A stretch of 64,000 nucleotides of DNA from the human T2T-CHM13v2.0 reference genome, Homo sapiens: assembly GCF_009914755.1 (NCBI RefSeq), contig NC_060926.1; one strand, written 5' to 3'. Within the stretch, counting starts at the first letter, position 1. Each line of letters starts with the position of its first letter. Made by a program: the position numbers and the translations under genes. Shown here in pieces: positions 15,319-35,272 of this stretch. The notes under the pieces are model-generated. The model was not told the DNA's origin, did no database searches, and worked only from the letters and a program-made list of their open reading frames with translations.

Positions 15319-15530
15319 AATGTGGCTTTTGAGAAACAGCATGAGATCTTGAATCCCAACTCTGGCATTATAAACTAGCTGATCTTGGAGAAGTTCTCTA
15401 AAGTTCAGCCTTCTCATTTGCAAAGTAAGAAAACTATTTACAATTTCGTTGTGAAGATTTAATGAGCTAATATAGAGGGAGGTGCTGGAACAGTGCTTGA
15501 CTTGTAGCAGGTATTTAATAAAAGGTGGTT
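15300..15530 (+). mobile_element. MIR
   Basis: ttgaatcccaactctg...ctcatttgcaaagt...gttgtgaagatttaatgag, a MIR core-like sequence. Confidence 0.65.
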
Positions 15531-16987
15531 ACACTTATTAGTGTGGTTATTAGTAGTAGTAGAGATAATAGTGTCAGAAATGAAACACCAGACCATAATT
15601 GAATGTTTTGGTCTCCACTGGGTCTTTAGTGCCTTGAATAGTATTTGGTATATATTTGTTGAATGAATCCTTCAAGATTCAAAATAATGTAAGCCCAGTT
15701 TTGGAATTTAAAAAAGACTAAGTAAGATTTTTTACTTTAAAGTCTGAGAGGGCAGAAAAGTAGAGTTTGAAAAGAGCAATTGTGATCTATCACTATGGAA
15801 ACAAATTTTAGTGCCAGATTTTGCAGGTGCATGAGTTGATATTTTTTAGCCTTATGATTTTAGTTTAGTAGTGAATTTATCAGAATTCACCTAGTCTCCA
15901 GGTTAGTTCTCTGTTTTAATATTTTAAGTCTTAATATACAGATTCCAAAACCCCAGAATCTTAATATGCAGATTCCAAACATTTTGAGGTGTTAAGAAAA
16001 AAAAGGTCTTTATTCATCTTATATGATTTGATCATATTTATTCCATCTACATTCAACCTACATATTTGTAACCCTTCCAGTGGATAGACGTATCAAACTT
16101 ACTTAAGGAATGATTAGGAAAATAACTGGAATTATCAGGTTTTAGCTTCCCATAATACTTTTAAAAAGCAGATGTGTCAAAGCAATATTTGTTTTTGTTT
16201 TTCAAGCTGACAGTGGAACGTAGGTATTTTATGTTGGTGGTGTTTTCTTTTACTTCAAATGACCCAGAGATGGCTTCACATAATTTTCTACATAGAAAGA
16301 ACTTCCGTCTGCATCTAGCTTTAGTGTATGAAACATATTAGAGAGAGTTGTATTATTTAATCCTAGAACTGTAGGAAACCTTAGACATCTCCTCATTTAG
16401 TCAGCAAGAAAGCTGAATTATAGAGTGATTAAGAGAGCTGCTCAAGATCACTGGCGAGTTAGTGTCAAGACACCATTTCTTCCCAGAGAATCCCTATGAA
16501 GTTTCTTGTACTTTCTATAAGGGGCTGAAGGCTTAAATTTTCTCCTTAAATTTCCATCTGTTTTTCCTTTAACTCTTAGCGTGTAGTTTGCCCAGACACT
16601 TCCAATTTCACCTTGGTCTTCTATCTAATCTCATTCCTTGTTCCCTAGAAATGTAACTGTTTCTCATCCACAGATTAAGTATCAAAGGCCCAGAAAGAAA
16701 TCTTTCCACTACCAGCATAAAGGTGAGGTCTGGGCAGCCCAGAAGCATGAGTGTAAATACAGACCCAGAAGAGTATAGCTCGATTTCTTCAAGATCCTAT
16801 TCGGAGGACCAGAAACTTCCAGGATTTCCTTCTTGTCCATTCCAAGTGTTTGTGTTCACTTGACAGTTTTCTTAGGGATGTAGTTCAACCTAGATTCTCT
16901 AGAGCTGCTTTACATATTTATAATTTTATAAGAGGTCACATTCAGGTCTTTAAACATAATATTTTATTATATTAAAAGTTGCTTAGG

Positions 16988-17283
16988 GGGCCAAGGGCAT
17001 GGTGGCTGACACCTGTAATCCCAGCATTTTGAGAGGCCAAGTCAGGAGGATCACTTGAGCTTAGGAGTTCGAGATCAACCTAGGCAACATGGTAAGACCT
17101 CATCTCTACAAAATCTAGAAAAAATCAGCCAGGCATGGTGGCGCACCTGTAGTCCCAGCTACTCAGAAGGCTGAAATGGAAGGATCAGGATGGCTTGAGC
17201 CAGGAAGTTCGAGGCTGCAGTGAGCTGGGATCGCACCACTGCACTCCACTCTGGATGACACAAGGAGACCCTGTCTCAAAAAC
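16988..17283 (+). mobile_element. AluJ
   Basis: Dimeric Alu with ggaggatcacttgag and gaggctgcagtgagc J-type features. Confidence 0.9.
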
Positions 17284-19724
17284 TTAACCAAACCAAAAAA
17301 GATAGTTGGTTTGTCAAATAAGTTTCTTCATGAAGTATATAGTACACAAACACAAAATATAGGGTTGCCCCACGAATAATATAATATGTAACTATACATA
17401 ATATAGAATAATATAATTAGATAATATATAATCGATTACTTCCCAAAGTATATGATTACTCCAAGAATAATGTAATGTAATGAGTATAATACAATGGCTA
17501 CCCCAGATATGTGCTATAGTACTATAACTTATTCCATTTGAAGTCAAAAGATGAATTTGCTTATCCTGAATTTAAATTCTGTATATTTTAATGTTTTTTC
17601 TAAATAACAGGTATCAATGATATATTAGGTATTTTGTAAATTTAAAGATCATATGTAATGACCATATATTTTCTTTTACAAAATTTAACTATTTTAACAT
17701 ACTATGTACTTCTTGATTTAATTAAATTTCATCTTTAAACAGTTATTTCTATAATCACCAGTTGCCCGAGGCACAGACTTTCGTAGTTAAGACAATGGCA
17801 TTTGTCAAGCAATAAATGAGTTTATAGAATTTTCAAGGTGGAATTTAAATTTCAGGTATTATCAATATAATTCATATTATCAATTATGGATTTTAAAAAA
17901 AGATGTTTTCTCATTTTAAATTTTGTTCAGTATATTTATATTGTATCATTGTTCTTTCCATTGAGAGAGAAAACTTAACTGTTTATTCTTTTAGTAACAG
18001 AAAGGATTATGAGATTTATTATGTTTTCCTCACAGAGCTGATAGTATATGGGAAATCTTCTATTCCCTCCTTGGGAATTTTGGCATTACAATAAAAATGT
18101 AAAGCATTACTAATTTAAAGCATCTTAAATGTGTACATTTCTCCTAACTAGATAAATACCTACAAAAATACCACAATAAATCCCATGAAATTTAACCTTA
18201 CTTATTATAGTAAATAAATACTTTTGCTATCTATAAACTAAAAGATCAGATTCCACAAAAGCAAAATATTTGCTGTATAATCCAGTGTACATTAATTATG
18301 AATTTACAAATTTATATTTGGAGTACATTTGTAGCTTAAAAATTTTGGATGTATAATATTTGTTAGATATTTTTATAGGCAGTTTTGCTTTGTTAAATCA
18401 TTCTTCCTTTCCTTTAAAATAAAATAATGATTCTATTTAATATTTTTGATGGAGTACTGTAGGATATTTTTATATTTAATCCTTGTGAAAGAACATATGC
18501 TTCCTATACTAGGTTATATATTTTGTGGTATCCTTATTCTTTGGAAAGATTAATTAGTTACAAAACTTACAAATAGCTGTACTATCATCTTGATTTCAGA
18601 AAGCAACATATTTAATGTAGTCACTAAGTATTACTATGGATTTTTTCATTTTAAATTTTTGAGAAAAATATTCTCAAATCATTAAACCTGCAAAAGAACT
18701 ATCTAGGCTAAAAAAAATCTTCTCAGCCCCACTCATATTTGCCAGAGCTCATTCCTCTCTCGGCTATTCTCACTTTGATCTTTGGCCCTCATTTCATTAA
18801 CATCAGAGCATAAGATCAATTACTAGAGCAGATAAATTCTTACTCCCCTAAAAACAGAGTTTCATAAAAAGCTACTCAAGTGAATTAGAAACAAGACATA
18901 GATCTTGTACAATTTACATTAAAGTCACTGCTTGTCTTTCACTGAGGCCCTATGCATAAAAATTGATATTTATTGTTAAGGATATTTTGCATTCATTTTT
19001 TAGACTTCACCCTTTATTCTTAGCATTTCTTCTCGTTAATGATCACTTTTGCTTTGTGTACATTCATTTCGATCACAAACATCTCATGTCAGAAATTCAA
19101 CTATAGCTCTTCAGTAACTCCAAATGTTAATATTTTTTTCTTATTTTTTTCTACTGTGTCATATCTAAATTCTCAGATGAAAAACCAATATTGAAGAATT
19201 ACCAGGCCAAGTATATAATGTGAAGAATATAGAACAACTAGAAAAGAGAAGAAGGTTAAAGTCATAATTTATACTGTAAAGAGAAACAGGATTATATTTC
19301 TTTTGACATAAGCATATTTGAGTATCAATTAAAATGTATTATGTACAAAAATTAGGTAATGTAGTATAAAATATTAAATCTGTTGGCAAATGCTAATTAA
19401 ATTATGGTTAAAGAATAGTTATTTAACTGAACTCACATACTTTTCCCTGTCTAAAATTTCAAGATTGTTGAGGCTGGAGAAACTTCTTTTAAAAATAATA
19501 AATAGAAGTACCAGAGTACTCAGCTTATTGATGACAAGTTAAAATAATCCACAAGTAAAGAAAAAAGGTTATTATAGAAAAAGGGCAAATGAGATGTTTA
19601 ACTGTGTGTATTTATTTAAACTATATTTATTCATGGATTACTATATGTGAAGCACTGTGCAAGAATATGATTTACCAGATTTTTCCAATTTTGATTTATC
19701 ATATTTACCTGGTGATGCTTGCAG

Positions 19725-19882
19725 GTTGATCTGCATTTTATGAAAAAGATTCCTCCAGGTGCTGAAGCATCGAACATCTTAGTGGGAGAACTGGAGTTCT
19801 TGGATCGAACAGTAGTTGCGTTTGTCAGGTTGTCTCCAGCTGTATTGCTTCAAGGACTGGCTGAAGTCCCAATCCCAACCAG
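19725..19882 (+). CDS. SLC4A10: SLC4A10 coding exon (probable exon 9), 158 nt, phase 0-2
   Basis: gcttgCAG|GTT acceptor; donor CAG|GTAAAA. Encodes [52 protein letters not shown](R), containing the conserved SLC4 motifs KKIP and AFVRL. Confidence 0.96.
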
Positions 19883-22800
19883 GTAAAAAGTATAAAAGCG
19901 TCTTTTGTATTTTTCTTAAACCATCTTTTCATGGAAAGAAAATGAGGATTCAATGTAATTTTCTGTTAGAGTTTTGACTAGAAACTAATGTGAAATCCAC
20001 AAAACTACTATTAATTTTTGTTTGTGGAGGAGGGGAAAAGTGCTTTAAAAATTATTCTCTTCTTTCCTCCCTTCTCTCAAACTTCTGCTTCATTTTAGGC
20101 ACATTCCTCATCTCAAGGTACCCTGAAGCCATATGAATCCTTTTTTTTTTTTTTTTTTTTACATTTTTGGTAAAAGAAGTGGTAACATGTTAGCTTTTTC
20201 TCAAAGATTGCATTAAATTGTCTGCTATAGAAAGAAAGGATCCTGTGCATGAGTGCGGTCAAACTCAAAAACAGCAAAGTTACTAAGGTTTGCTTACACT
20301 TGAATAAGAAGGCCTTCAAAATGCATGTAAGTGCCATCGTTAGGATAGCGTCAAATATATGTTTCAATCCTAGGCACAGTGGGCTTCCGACACACAGGGT
20401 CTGTAGAAACACTGGTAGAAGTATTATCGCAGTGTGGTTGGATGTGAGTTAAAGGTACAAATTTAATTTGATGATCAGAACTTGTTTCTCATTTAACAAT
20501 AAAATAACAACTTAGGGATAATACAAACTGAATTATGCTTTTCTCATTTTTTAGAATAAGGCTATCCATTACTAAAACTGTAAAAAAAAGAAAAAGATAA
20601 AAAAAAGAAAGGAAACACAGAATATTGACTTTAGCACATTAATTTCCAAGCAATTTACCCAGGAACCTTGTTTTCTTCCATACTTCTACCATCAGTGTGA
20701 TTCCAAAATGCAGATAGCCTTTTACTCTAGTCCTATTCCCACAGCAAAACATGTATATTTAGGGCCCCGTTCCCATATGGCTGGTGCCCTTTGTTTGATG
20801 CTACAGCTATCTCAAAAGCTGTTAGTGCGCCTCCTCTTCCAAACATTGAATACCTTAGCCAAGTTACTTGATGAAAAGTTCAGGTACTGTATCAACTGTA
20901 GAATATATGTCCTCTATGAATCTTTGGCCTTAACTCAAAATATAGCAGATTACATAACTCCATGCTTTGATTATGGATAAAATATTCTACAACTATGGAA
21001 CAGCACAGCCAGGAGAGGCCTCATTTTTTAAGAGCTCAGCTGACTGGAACGGGATTCAGTGGTTAAGTACCTATGTCTGACTATGGTTTGGGGGAGGAAT
21101 CTAGTTACTGTTCAGATTATAGAAAGAAGTCTATGTTTATCCTGTTTGAGAGTTACTGAGATGACTGATACACATCAACTTTTATGTACAAAGGGAAAGG
21201 ATGAACTGAGCACATTAAAGTGGCATCTGACTGTGTGATTCAGGCTATATGTTTTCTATGGACAACCTGTAACCTATTCAAGGTTTCTGGGAGTCTGGGA
21301 TTTATATCTAAGATGTTAAACTTGCTAATGGTAGAGTTACTATTATAGCAGTTTAAAATTTCTTTTCAGTCCTCCAAGCAGTGCATTTGTGTTCCACCAC
21401 TTAGGAAGGTGTCTGGTGAACTATGAGCAAATGATGGCTATTTACGACAATGATAGTGCTTGTATTTCAAAAGAAGGAAAAGAAAAATTCCCATGAGTAG
21501 AAAAAAGCCGTGATGGGGTTATATACCCTTACTGTGAAAACTGTCAGGTTTAAGTGACCTTATTTCATACTGAGATAGCAAAATATGTGTAGAGAACAAC
21601 GGAGAAAAAAATTAGGGCCACTGTAGAGCAACTGTATGAGAAAAGATTTAAAGACAAGACTATTTAGTTAGGAAAGGTGAAAAATGGAAGATTAGTTGGA
21701 CAAACAAAATAAAGAAAGCCATTCAGGGTTTCTTATTATCCTTTTTTTGGGAAGACAAAAGGCATCCTATTAATACGATGGCAACACATAGTAGAAAGGT
21801 CAGAAAATAATCTTTTAGATCTTTAAAAATAGCCCATGGAATGGAAACCTGAAAAATAGCAAGATGTACATAGGTTAGGAAGTTTCTTAAAAAGCTATTA
21901 TAGTTGATAAAGCACCTGCTACCGAATTAAACCATTCCTGTTTTTAATGTATACTGGACATTTCTACATAGTAGAAATTGGCTTGGGTTCAGTTGTCACT
22001 GGCACACACAAAAAATATTGTCATATCCTCTACAATTGTGTAATATTTGCCTCATGTAAAAACATGTACAATCTCTAAAGATTACAACTAAATGAGGAGT
22101 AGAATTATAGTAACTATTTTAGTACACCTTGTGAAGTCATTAGTCTTCATACTTAACAGCATAAACCATTTAACAAATTAACACCACAGAATGATATGGC
22201 AGAATATAGGGCATTCTTTAATTTTCAAAATTTCCCAGAAGGATTGACCTTCTCAGAGACAGGGCAATTACCAGTCTGCTAAAGTTAGAGTATCTATTGA
22301 TTTCTTTAAAAGCACCACTTGTGATGATGAATTTGCCAAATGTTCGACCTAATATAGATGGAATATTATAGTGCAGATGCTATTTTTATTCCTCAGCATT
22401 ATAAATAATAGATCATTAACTCCCCATTTTCTTCTACGTGGCTGATCTTTGATTCCTGACAATAATTTTTTATAATGAAAATTGCACATACACCTACTGT
22501 TTTTTGACTCTATATTTTCTCTGTTTTGCTACTGTGTTACCTTTGTCCCCTTTGAACTATTCGCCATTTTGCATACAAGTGAGTTTTCTTCCTTCCAATT
22601 TAGAAAGGTCTAATCAGATTTTACTTTTCCCACTTTCCTTCTCTAAGGATCATAGAATCCTTAAAATTCCCAATAACAACTGCACATGCTGTACAGATAA
22701 CTAAACGGAGAAACACTGTGATAAAAAAAAAAAACACGGAAAACCATGCATTCCCATTGCTTGAGGATCTTAAGCATAAGGGTCAATCATGGTAAAATTT

Positions 22801-22950
22801 TTCAAAATAATAATGAACTATGAAAAACTATGGAAGTATTTGCCATCACAATCTCCATTTTCAGTAATTCCTTTGAGATGAGTGATTCTGTATTACTAAA
22901 ATTATTTTTATATTTCTACCTTAAAACATTTTTTTTCTTCTTAATTACAG

Positions 22951-23038
22951 ATTTTTGTTCATTCTTCTGGGACCCCTGGGAAAGGGTCAACAGTACCATG
23001 AGATTGGCAGATCAATTGCAACCCTAATGACAGATGAG
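22951..23038 (+). CDS. SLC4A10: SLC4A10 coding exon (probable exon 10), 88 nt, phase 2-0
   Basis: T-rich tract plus CAG acceptor; donor GAG|GTATTT. Encodes [29 protein letters not shown] (band 3-like YHEIGR motif). Confidence 0.96.
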
Positions 23039-24121
23039 GTATTTATTCAAGTTCTTTGGGAACATTTTCCCCCATTAGGTATACCTAAAACTTTTGGAGG
23101 TCCTCTTTTCATGACAGTTTGTTGTGAATCAGATTTCTCTGTATTGAATCCCATTCTCCCATGCTTCTGCTATAAAATCTCCTTTAGAAAAATGTTTCCC
23201 AAAGGGATAATAAATTAACACCCATGAATATAATATTTTAAAACTTCATAGTGTAAAGAAATTTTTTCAGTGACACTTAGAATATATTATTAATATTCCC
23301 TTTATGGTATATGTGCTACCAAAGTAAGCACCATTGTTAATATCAATGGAAATCTTGTTTTGAGTAAAGAATTTCGAAGTCTAAAGAAAAAACAATAGCA
23401 GTTTATCTGAATAGTATACATGACACCAAAATGCATGCAACATCTATCAACTCTCTACAGTTGCCTGAATGTAGATATTTTTAACCTGGGAGTCTGGGGA
23501 CTATTAGAGAAGCTGTAGATAGATTTCAAGGAGCTTGTGATTTCTGTAACAGAGCATGTAAATTTTTCTATGTAAAAAATTTGTATGTAGATTTTTTGGG
23601 ACTGGAAAAAGCTTTCATCAGCTCTTCAAAGAAGTGTATGTCTCAAAAATATAAGATCTTTAAAGTAAGAACATAAAAAGTAGCATCATACCACTATTTT
23701 CCTTTACTTGGGTTCTCCAACACATTATGGAAATTTGTTGTTATTGTTAACGGGAAGAGCAGATGCAGTAGATCACAGAAGGGGCATTAAATCAAAATTC
23801 AGTTGTAAATGAACAAATGGGATTATATACTTCTAGATTTCATCTAAATAATTTAATAATGTTTTTATTGAAATACATGGCTGCAGATATTTGAAAATTC
23901 TGTAAAAAGAGCCAATTAGTATTGTATATTACTTTTTCTATGTTTACAATAGCTAAAATTTGAACTTGTTTTGGGGGTTAAATATTATAAATTCTTCAAT
24001 CTGTCCAAATTATGTTTTATAGTGTTATATGAATTAGTTTTTGATATTTATGCACAAGAAAGCAAAAGCAAGAAGAAAAACATTTTTTCCCTCAGTTTTC
24101 AAAAGGAACCAACTTAATGAG

Positions 24122-24608
24122 TGTATTAGTTTACAACGACTGCCATAAGAAACTACTACAAATTGGGTGGTTTAAAATGACAGTAGTTTGTTTTCTAACA
24201 TTTTTGAGGCTAGAAGTTTGAAGTCAAGGTGTCAGCAGGGCCACAATCCCTTCGAAGTCTCTAGGGGAGGATCCTTCCTTGTCTCTTCCATATTCTGGTG
24301 GCTCTTGGTCTTCCCTGGCTTGTGGCAATAGACCTTTGTTCTCTGTCTCCATCTTCACATGGCTTTCTCCCAGTTGTCTCTGTGTGTCTTCTTATTTTCT
24401 GTTATGAAGACAGACATTTGTCATTTGATTTAGGGCCCATCCTAAATCCATCCAAATCATTGGATTTAGGGCCCATCCTAATTCAGGATAATTTCATCTT
24501 GAGATACTTACCTTAATTACATCTGCAAAAATCCTTATTTCAAATAAGGCCACATTCTGCGGCTCCAGGTTGATGTGTATTTTGGGAGGAAATTATTCAA
24601 TCCACTGT
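24122..24608 (-). mobile_element. MaLR solo LTR (MLT1C-like)
   Basis: tgtattag start; gtcaaggtgtcagcagggcc and ctctaggggaggatccttcc; taattacatctgcaaa; ends ttcaatccactgta. Confidence 0.8.
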
Positions 24609-25473
24609 AATGAATAACTTATTCTATTTAGGAAATTTGTGAGAAGACAGGAGGATGAAAAAAATAACTTAATGAGGGCCATACACCTGATTTAGCAGAA
24701 CTCTCTCTGAGAAAACACTCACAGTATAAAAGCTCTTAGTATTTCTATATTGATTTGTATTGTTATTCTATGATTTAAGTATTATCACTTTCACATACAT
24801 TTGTTTAATATTTTGTTATATTTCAGACAAAAAATGTTTCCCCATCTAAGAAATTAGGGCAATATTTTAAGATATCTGTGGGGCATGAGACACGTGATAA
24901 TGTGAGAGGATCCTACTATGTCATGGGAAGTACATGTATATCAATGTATCTCTCTTCTCTTCATCCTCTACTTCCCCAATTGGGAATCAAGATTTTTCTC
25001 GACAGAAAGATGTCAGTTCCAAAGTTTTCTTGACTAACCAAGTGGACACAGAACAGGGAAACATCCATGTTCTATAAATTTCAGATTTAGGATGAGAACA
25101 GAGAAGGGGCTTCCACCTATTTCTTTGATTAGTGAGAGCTACCTAATTTGAGAATAAGCATCAATCACATAATAAAGACTGAAATTTGAGCATAAGCATC
25201 AGTCATCTATTTTTTCAATTATTTAGACTTGAAAGTTTCAGAGCATGGCTTTAGGTAATCATTGTAGATTATGGGATAGAGAAGCAGAAACTCAACCAGA
25301 AAGCTACTCTAAAAGATAAGAGCCATTAGTTATAATAGGACATGTTAATTACAACAGGACATTGATTGAATATCAAAGAATGTTTAAATATTTTTTAAAA
25401 GAGAAAACAGATTTGTATTTCTCAAAGCCTCGGTGAGGCAATTGTTCTGCTTATCTAATTGCTTTGAAGGCTA

Positions 25474-25833
<360 letters not shown>

Positions 25834-26249
25834 TCATTAAGAATAGAATTTAATATGTTGATTCATAGTTTACTTTGGTTAAAAAAAATAGTGCATTGGA
25901 GTGCATTATCAAACATAAATTCCATGAGAACAGTTAGCATTTTAGCATTCAGTATTCGTTTTTATGACCTGATTCTTCCAAGTGCTCAAATAAATATCCA
26001 TTGAGCTAAGTTCTGTTTTCTTTCCCTTCTCTGTACTTGGAACACTTTCTAGGTAGACTGTCTTCCTTTTGTATTTTTAGACTTATTATGAGTGTCTGAC
26101 CCTCAGTCAGGGTTCAATAAATCTTTAGAACATGAATCAATTACTGAATATTCTAGACATCATACCAATATTCTATCTTGAATCAAGCCAATAATTTATT
26201 TTCTTCATTTCTGTTGAGCTTTGCTAGAGATAAATCATATGATTATGCT

Positions 26250-26762
<513 letters not shown>

Positions 26763-27377
26763 AAAAACAAACAAAATACTAAGCGAGGTGTTATTTTTCT
26801 TTTTCTGGATATTTGAGCTAACAGTTTCCTCTGTCTTCTAGATCTTAAGTGAAACCTGACAGTAAACATGCAGAACACATAGTAGCTACTTGGAAGAAAT
26901 ACACATGAAATGAATGTCCAGATTTACCCCATCCTTAAAAAAAATTATTTACTACTTAGAACAGTATGTACTTTTGAAGCACGTACTTTTAAAGAAGTGT
27001 TGGTTCAATCTGAATCTTGAGAGTTTTGAAGGAGTAGTCTCTACTAGATCCTGAATATTTTTAGACTCATTCATTTCTTATCATATTGCAGTCTGACTTT
27101 GGCACCGTCATTCTACTTAAACTGCTCTCAATAAAATTATCACTTACTAAGAATGTTATTACATGTTCAGTGTGACATTATTGAAAATCACATTTTTCTT
27201 TTTTCCCATGAAGAACTGCTAAATTTTTTTGTGTGCTTCGTTTTGACACTAAGTCTCTGAGATTTTTTTTAATTGAAAGAATTTATTTTTTATACAATTT
27301 CTAATGTTATTTAGGGTACAATCAGGAAGAAAAAAATTGTTTGGTGGCTGTCTCAACCCCCAAATCATCAATCTTAA

Positions 27378-32505
<5,128 letters not shown>

Positions 32506-34007
32506 AAAAACTTTCTTTTTTTAATTGAACCAATAGTCTAGTTTGAGAAGGGGGTCAGGGAAGTCTGATATACACTGAAATCAGACTGTTAAGTTAGCTT
32601 GACAAAGAGAAGGTAGAAGAGGAATGTAAAATAATTAAGCTATTGATAACATTGGTGATAGGGAAACAATAGTAAGTACTATATGATTTAAAATTAAACA
32701 AATTATGGCATCTATACCTTTAGGGAGCTTTAAAATAACAGGAAATCTGTTGTCCTGGATGAATTTGGACATTCATCTACCTAAAACACGGTATAGAATA
32801 ATGTGATCTCGCAAAGCAGTTTTCTAATTAAATGTGATCAAATTAAGAAAGATTTCAAGAGAGTTGCTACTAACAGGAAAAGAGTAGGGTTGCTAAACTC
32901 TCATTGAGGACTAAGAACTTTTGCAATCCTTAAGTATTCCAGTTAGGTCTCAGGGCCATGTAGCCATCTTTATAAGAAGCTTGTGGCATGGAAATCTATA
33001 TTTTTAATATTAAAAAAAATCTCTTTCTCAAAATACAACTAAACCATTAATGGATCTTTAACATTTTCGTATTATCCTAAGCAAAGTCTGTTTATCAGAC
33101 CAATAATGTTTTGTGACGTGTTCTTAGTTGGAAAGTCAATAAAAAGCTTTCTAAAATGATCATTATTACTTAGCAGTTTGTATTGAGTATCAAACCAGAA
33201 ATGGAAACAAATGGTCTAAAAGTAAAATAGAATATTTGAAAGCAGAATTTTCCTGGCAATTTTGGGACATTTGGTCACTGTAATTTAGGCCAGCATAAAG
33301 AATAATATAGGAGTCCTTAATCTCAAATACTTGTATCATTTCATCCCAAGTAAAATTTAAAGTGTCAGAAATATTTATATTATATTCAGTGTAAATTAAT
33401 TTTTTCTCTTCATCCTTATTTTTATTTTCCCCACTTACTATATTAAGTACGTAATTCCTGAGTATGATAAGATAAATTAGGTTATGCTGCAGGAATAACC
33501 AACTAAAATATTAATGGCTTAAAACAATAAGGATTTATTTCTATCATGCTAAACTTTCATCAAGATGTAGGAGAGAGGCTCTGCTCATTATAATCACTTA
33601 GGCCCCCTGTGCTTATAGAAGCTCTAGCTGGACCTGTGTTTTCTCAGTCACTAAACCAGAAAAAAAGCAATGTGATAAGTCACACATTGGTACTCATAAC
33701 TTCCATTCAAAACTGACATATGTACACCCAAGTAGAATATACCTGATCCAAATAGCAAAGAAGGCAAAGAAGTACAATCTTACCATGTGGTCTAGAAGAA
33801 AACCTGGAATATCTGTGAACAGCCTAAATGGCTAACATAGCACATGTGTGCGGAGGGGAGGTGGAAGGGACAAGTATGAAATGTAACTCATACTTTGAGT
33901 GGAAATGAACTTTCTGCACTGTGTAGATATAATATATAGTTGGCCCTCTGTATCTTCAGGTTCTGCACCCTTGAACTTAACTAACTGCAAATCAAAAATA
34001 TTTGAAA

Positions 34008-34302
34008 AGTCAGGGTGCAGTAGCTCACACCTATAATCCCAGCACTTTGGGAGGCCAAGGTGGAGGATGGTTTGGGGCCAGGAGTTCAAGACCAGCCCAG
34101 GCAACATAGCAAGACTCTGTCTCTACAAGAAATTTTTTAAAAATTAGCCAGGTTTTGTGGTACACACCTGTAGTCCCAGCTACTTGGAAGACAGGAGCTT
34201 AAGCAGGAGCTTAAGCCTAGGAGTTCAAGGCTGCAGTGAGGTATGACTGTGCCACTGCATTCCAGCCTGCATGACAGAGTGAGACCCTGCCTCTAAAAAC
34301 AA
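34008..34302 (+). mobile_element. AluJ inserted in MER2
   Basis: Dimeric Alu with approximate TSD aaatcaaaaatattYga on both sides. Confidence 0.88.
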
Positions 34303-34444
34303 AAATCAAAAATATTCGAGGGGGGGACAATAAAAAATAACAATGTTACAATAAAAATAATATGCATAAAAATTATACAGTATAATAAATATATAGCATA
34401 TACATTGTATAGATATTATAATAATCTAGAAATGATTTAAAGTA

Positions 34445-34661
34445 CAGATGCTCCTCAACTTTCAATGGGGGATTATGTCCCCCCATTGAAAATATCATAA
34501 GTGGAAACTATGTTTTTGACTTATGATATTTTCAACTTATGATAGGTTTATCCAGACTTAACCCCACTGAAAGTTGAGGAGCCTACTCAATGCATGTCAC
34601 TTTTGCACCATCATAAAGTCAAAAGATTGTAAGAGAAACCATAGAAAGTAGGGGATCCTCT
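34445..34661 (+). mobile_element. MER47/Tigger5-like MITE with fold-back left end, inserted in MER2
   Basis: ta|cagatgctcctcaactt start; right end ttttgcaccatcataaagtc...aaccatagaaagtaggggatcctct resembles MER47. Confidence 0.72.
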
Positions 34662-35272
34662 AAATATAGGAGTATATGCATAGGTTATGTGCAAATACCA
34701 CTCCATTTTATGTAAGGAACTCAAGTATCCATAGATTTTGGTATCTGCAGGGAATCCTGGAACCAATCCCTCAAAGATACTGAGGAATGACTATATATCC
34801 AGAAAATACTAACATAACCTTAGTATTATTTTCAAAATGGAAACAAAATTAACCTTTTAAATTAATTTATTTATGCCAGGGTATAAATACTGCTGAAATT
34901 TCCAACACATTTTACAAATTTTTATTTCTATTTGTAAGCAAAGGCTTCCTCCAGAAACTGATTTTCCCATACATAAATAACTTTTGCCTAATTCTAGTTT
35001 AATGAGCTTCCTTTCATCCTCCTTTTTCTTTCCCTTACTCCTTCCCTCTAGAAATTTCAACATTCATCTGACATCATAAGAAAAATAGTTACCTATATGG
35101 ATCCATAAAATAAATTATAATATTTTACAACATAAACTTCTTTAGAGTCAGAGCTGTCTATTTCTTCAAATTGTTATAATCACATGTGAGATAACTGAGT
35201 TGAAAACACTGAACACATTAATATTTTATAATTATTTTTAAGCTATAAATAATATTTCTATTTCTTCTAAAG

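Larger units (their letters stand above)
33937..34792 (-). mobile_element. MER2-like TcMar-Tigger MITE carrying two nested insertions
   Basis: Ends tagttggccctctgtatc and gatactgaggaatgacta; internal sequence matches the recalled MER2 consensus; TA-flanked. Confidence 0.8.

Noticed and set aside
17370-17500. AT-rich patch with short repeats (aatat, gattact, aatgt)
   Set aside because: Low complexity with no consistent period.
20160-20980. Non-repetitive, slightly CpG-richer intronic stretch with a 90-aa ORF and a possible donor (CAG|GTACTG near 20883)
   Set aside because: No recognisable protein and no convincing acceptor/donor pair. An enhancer cannot be called without conservation or chromatin data.
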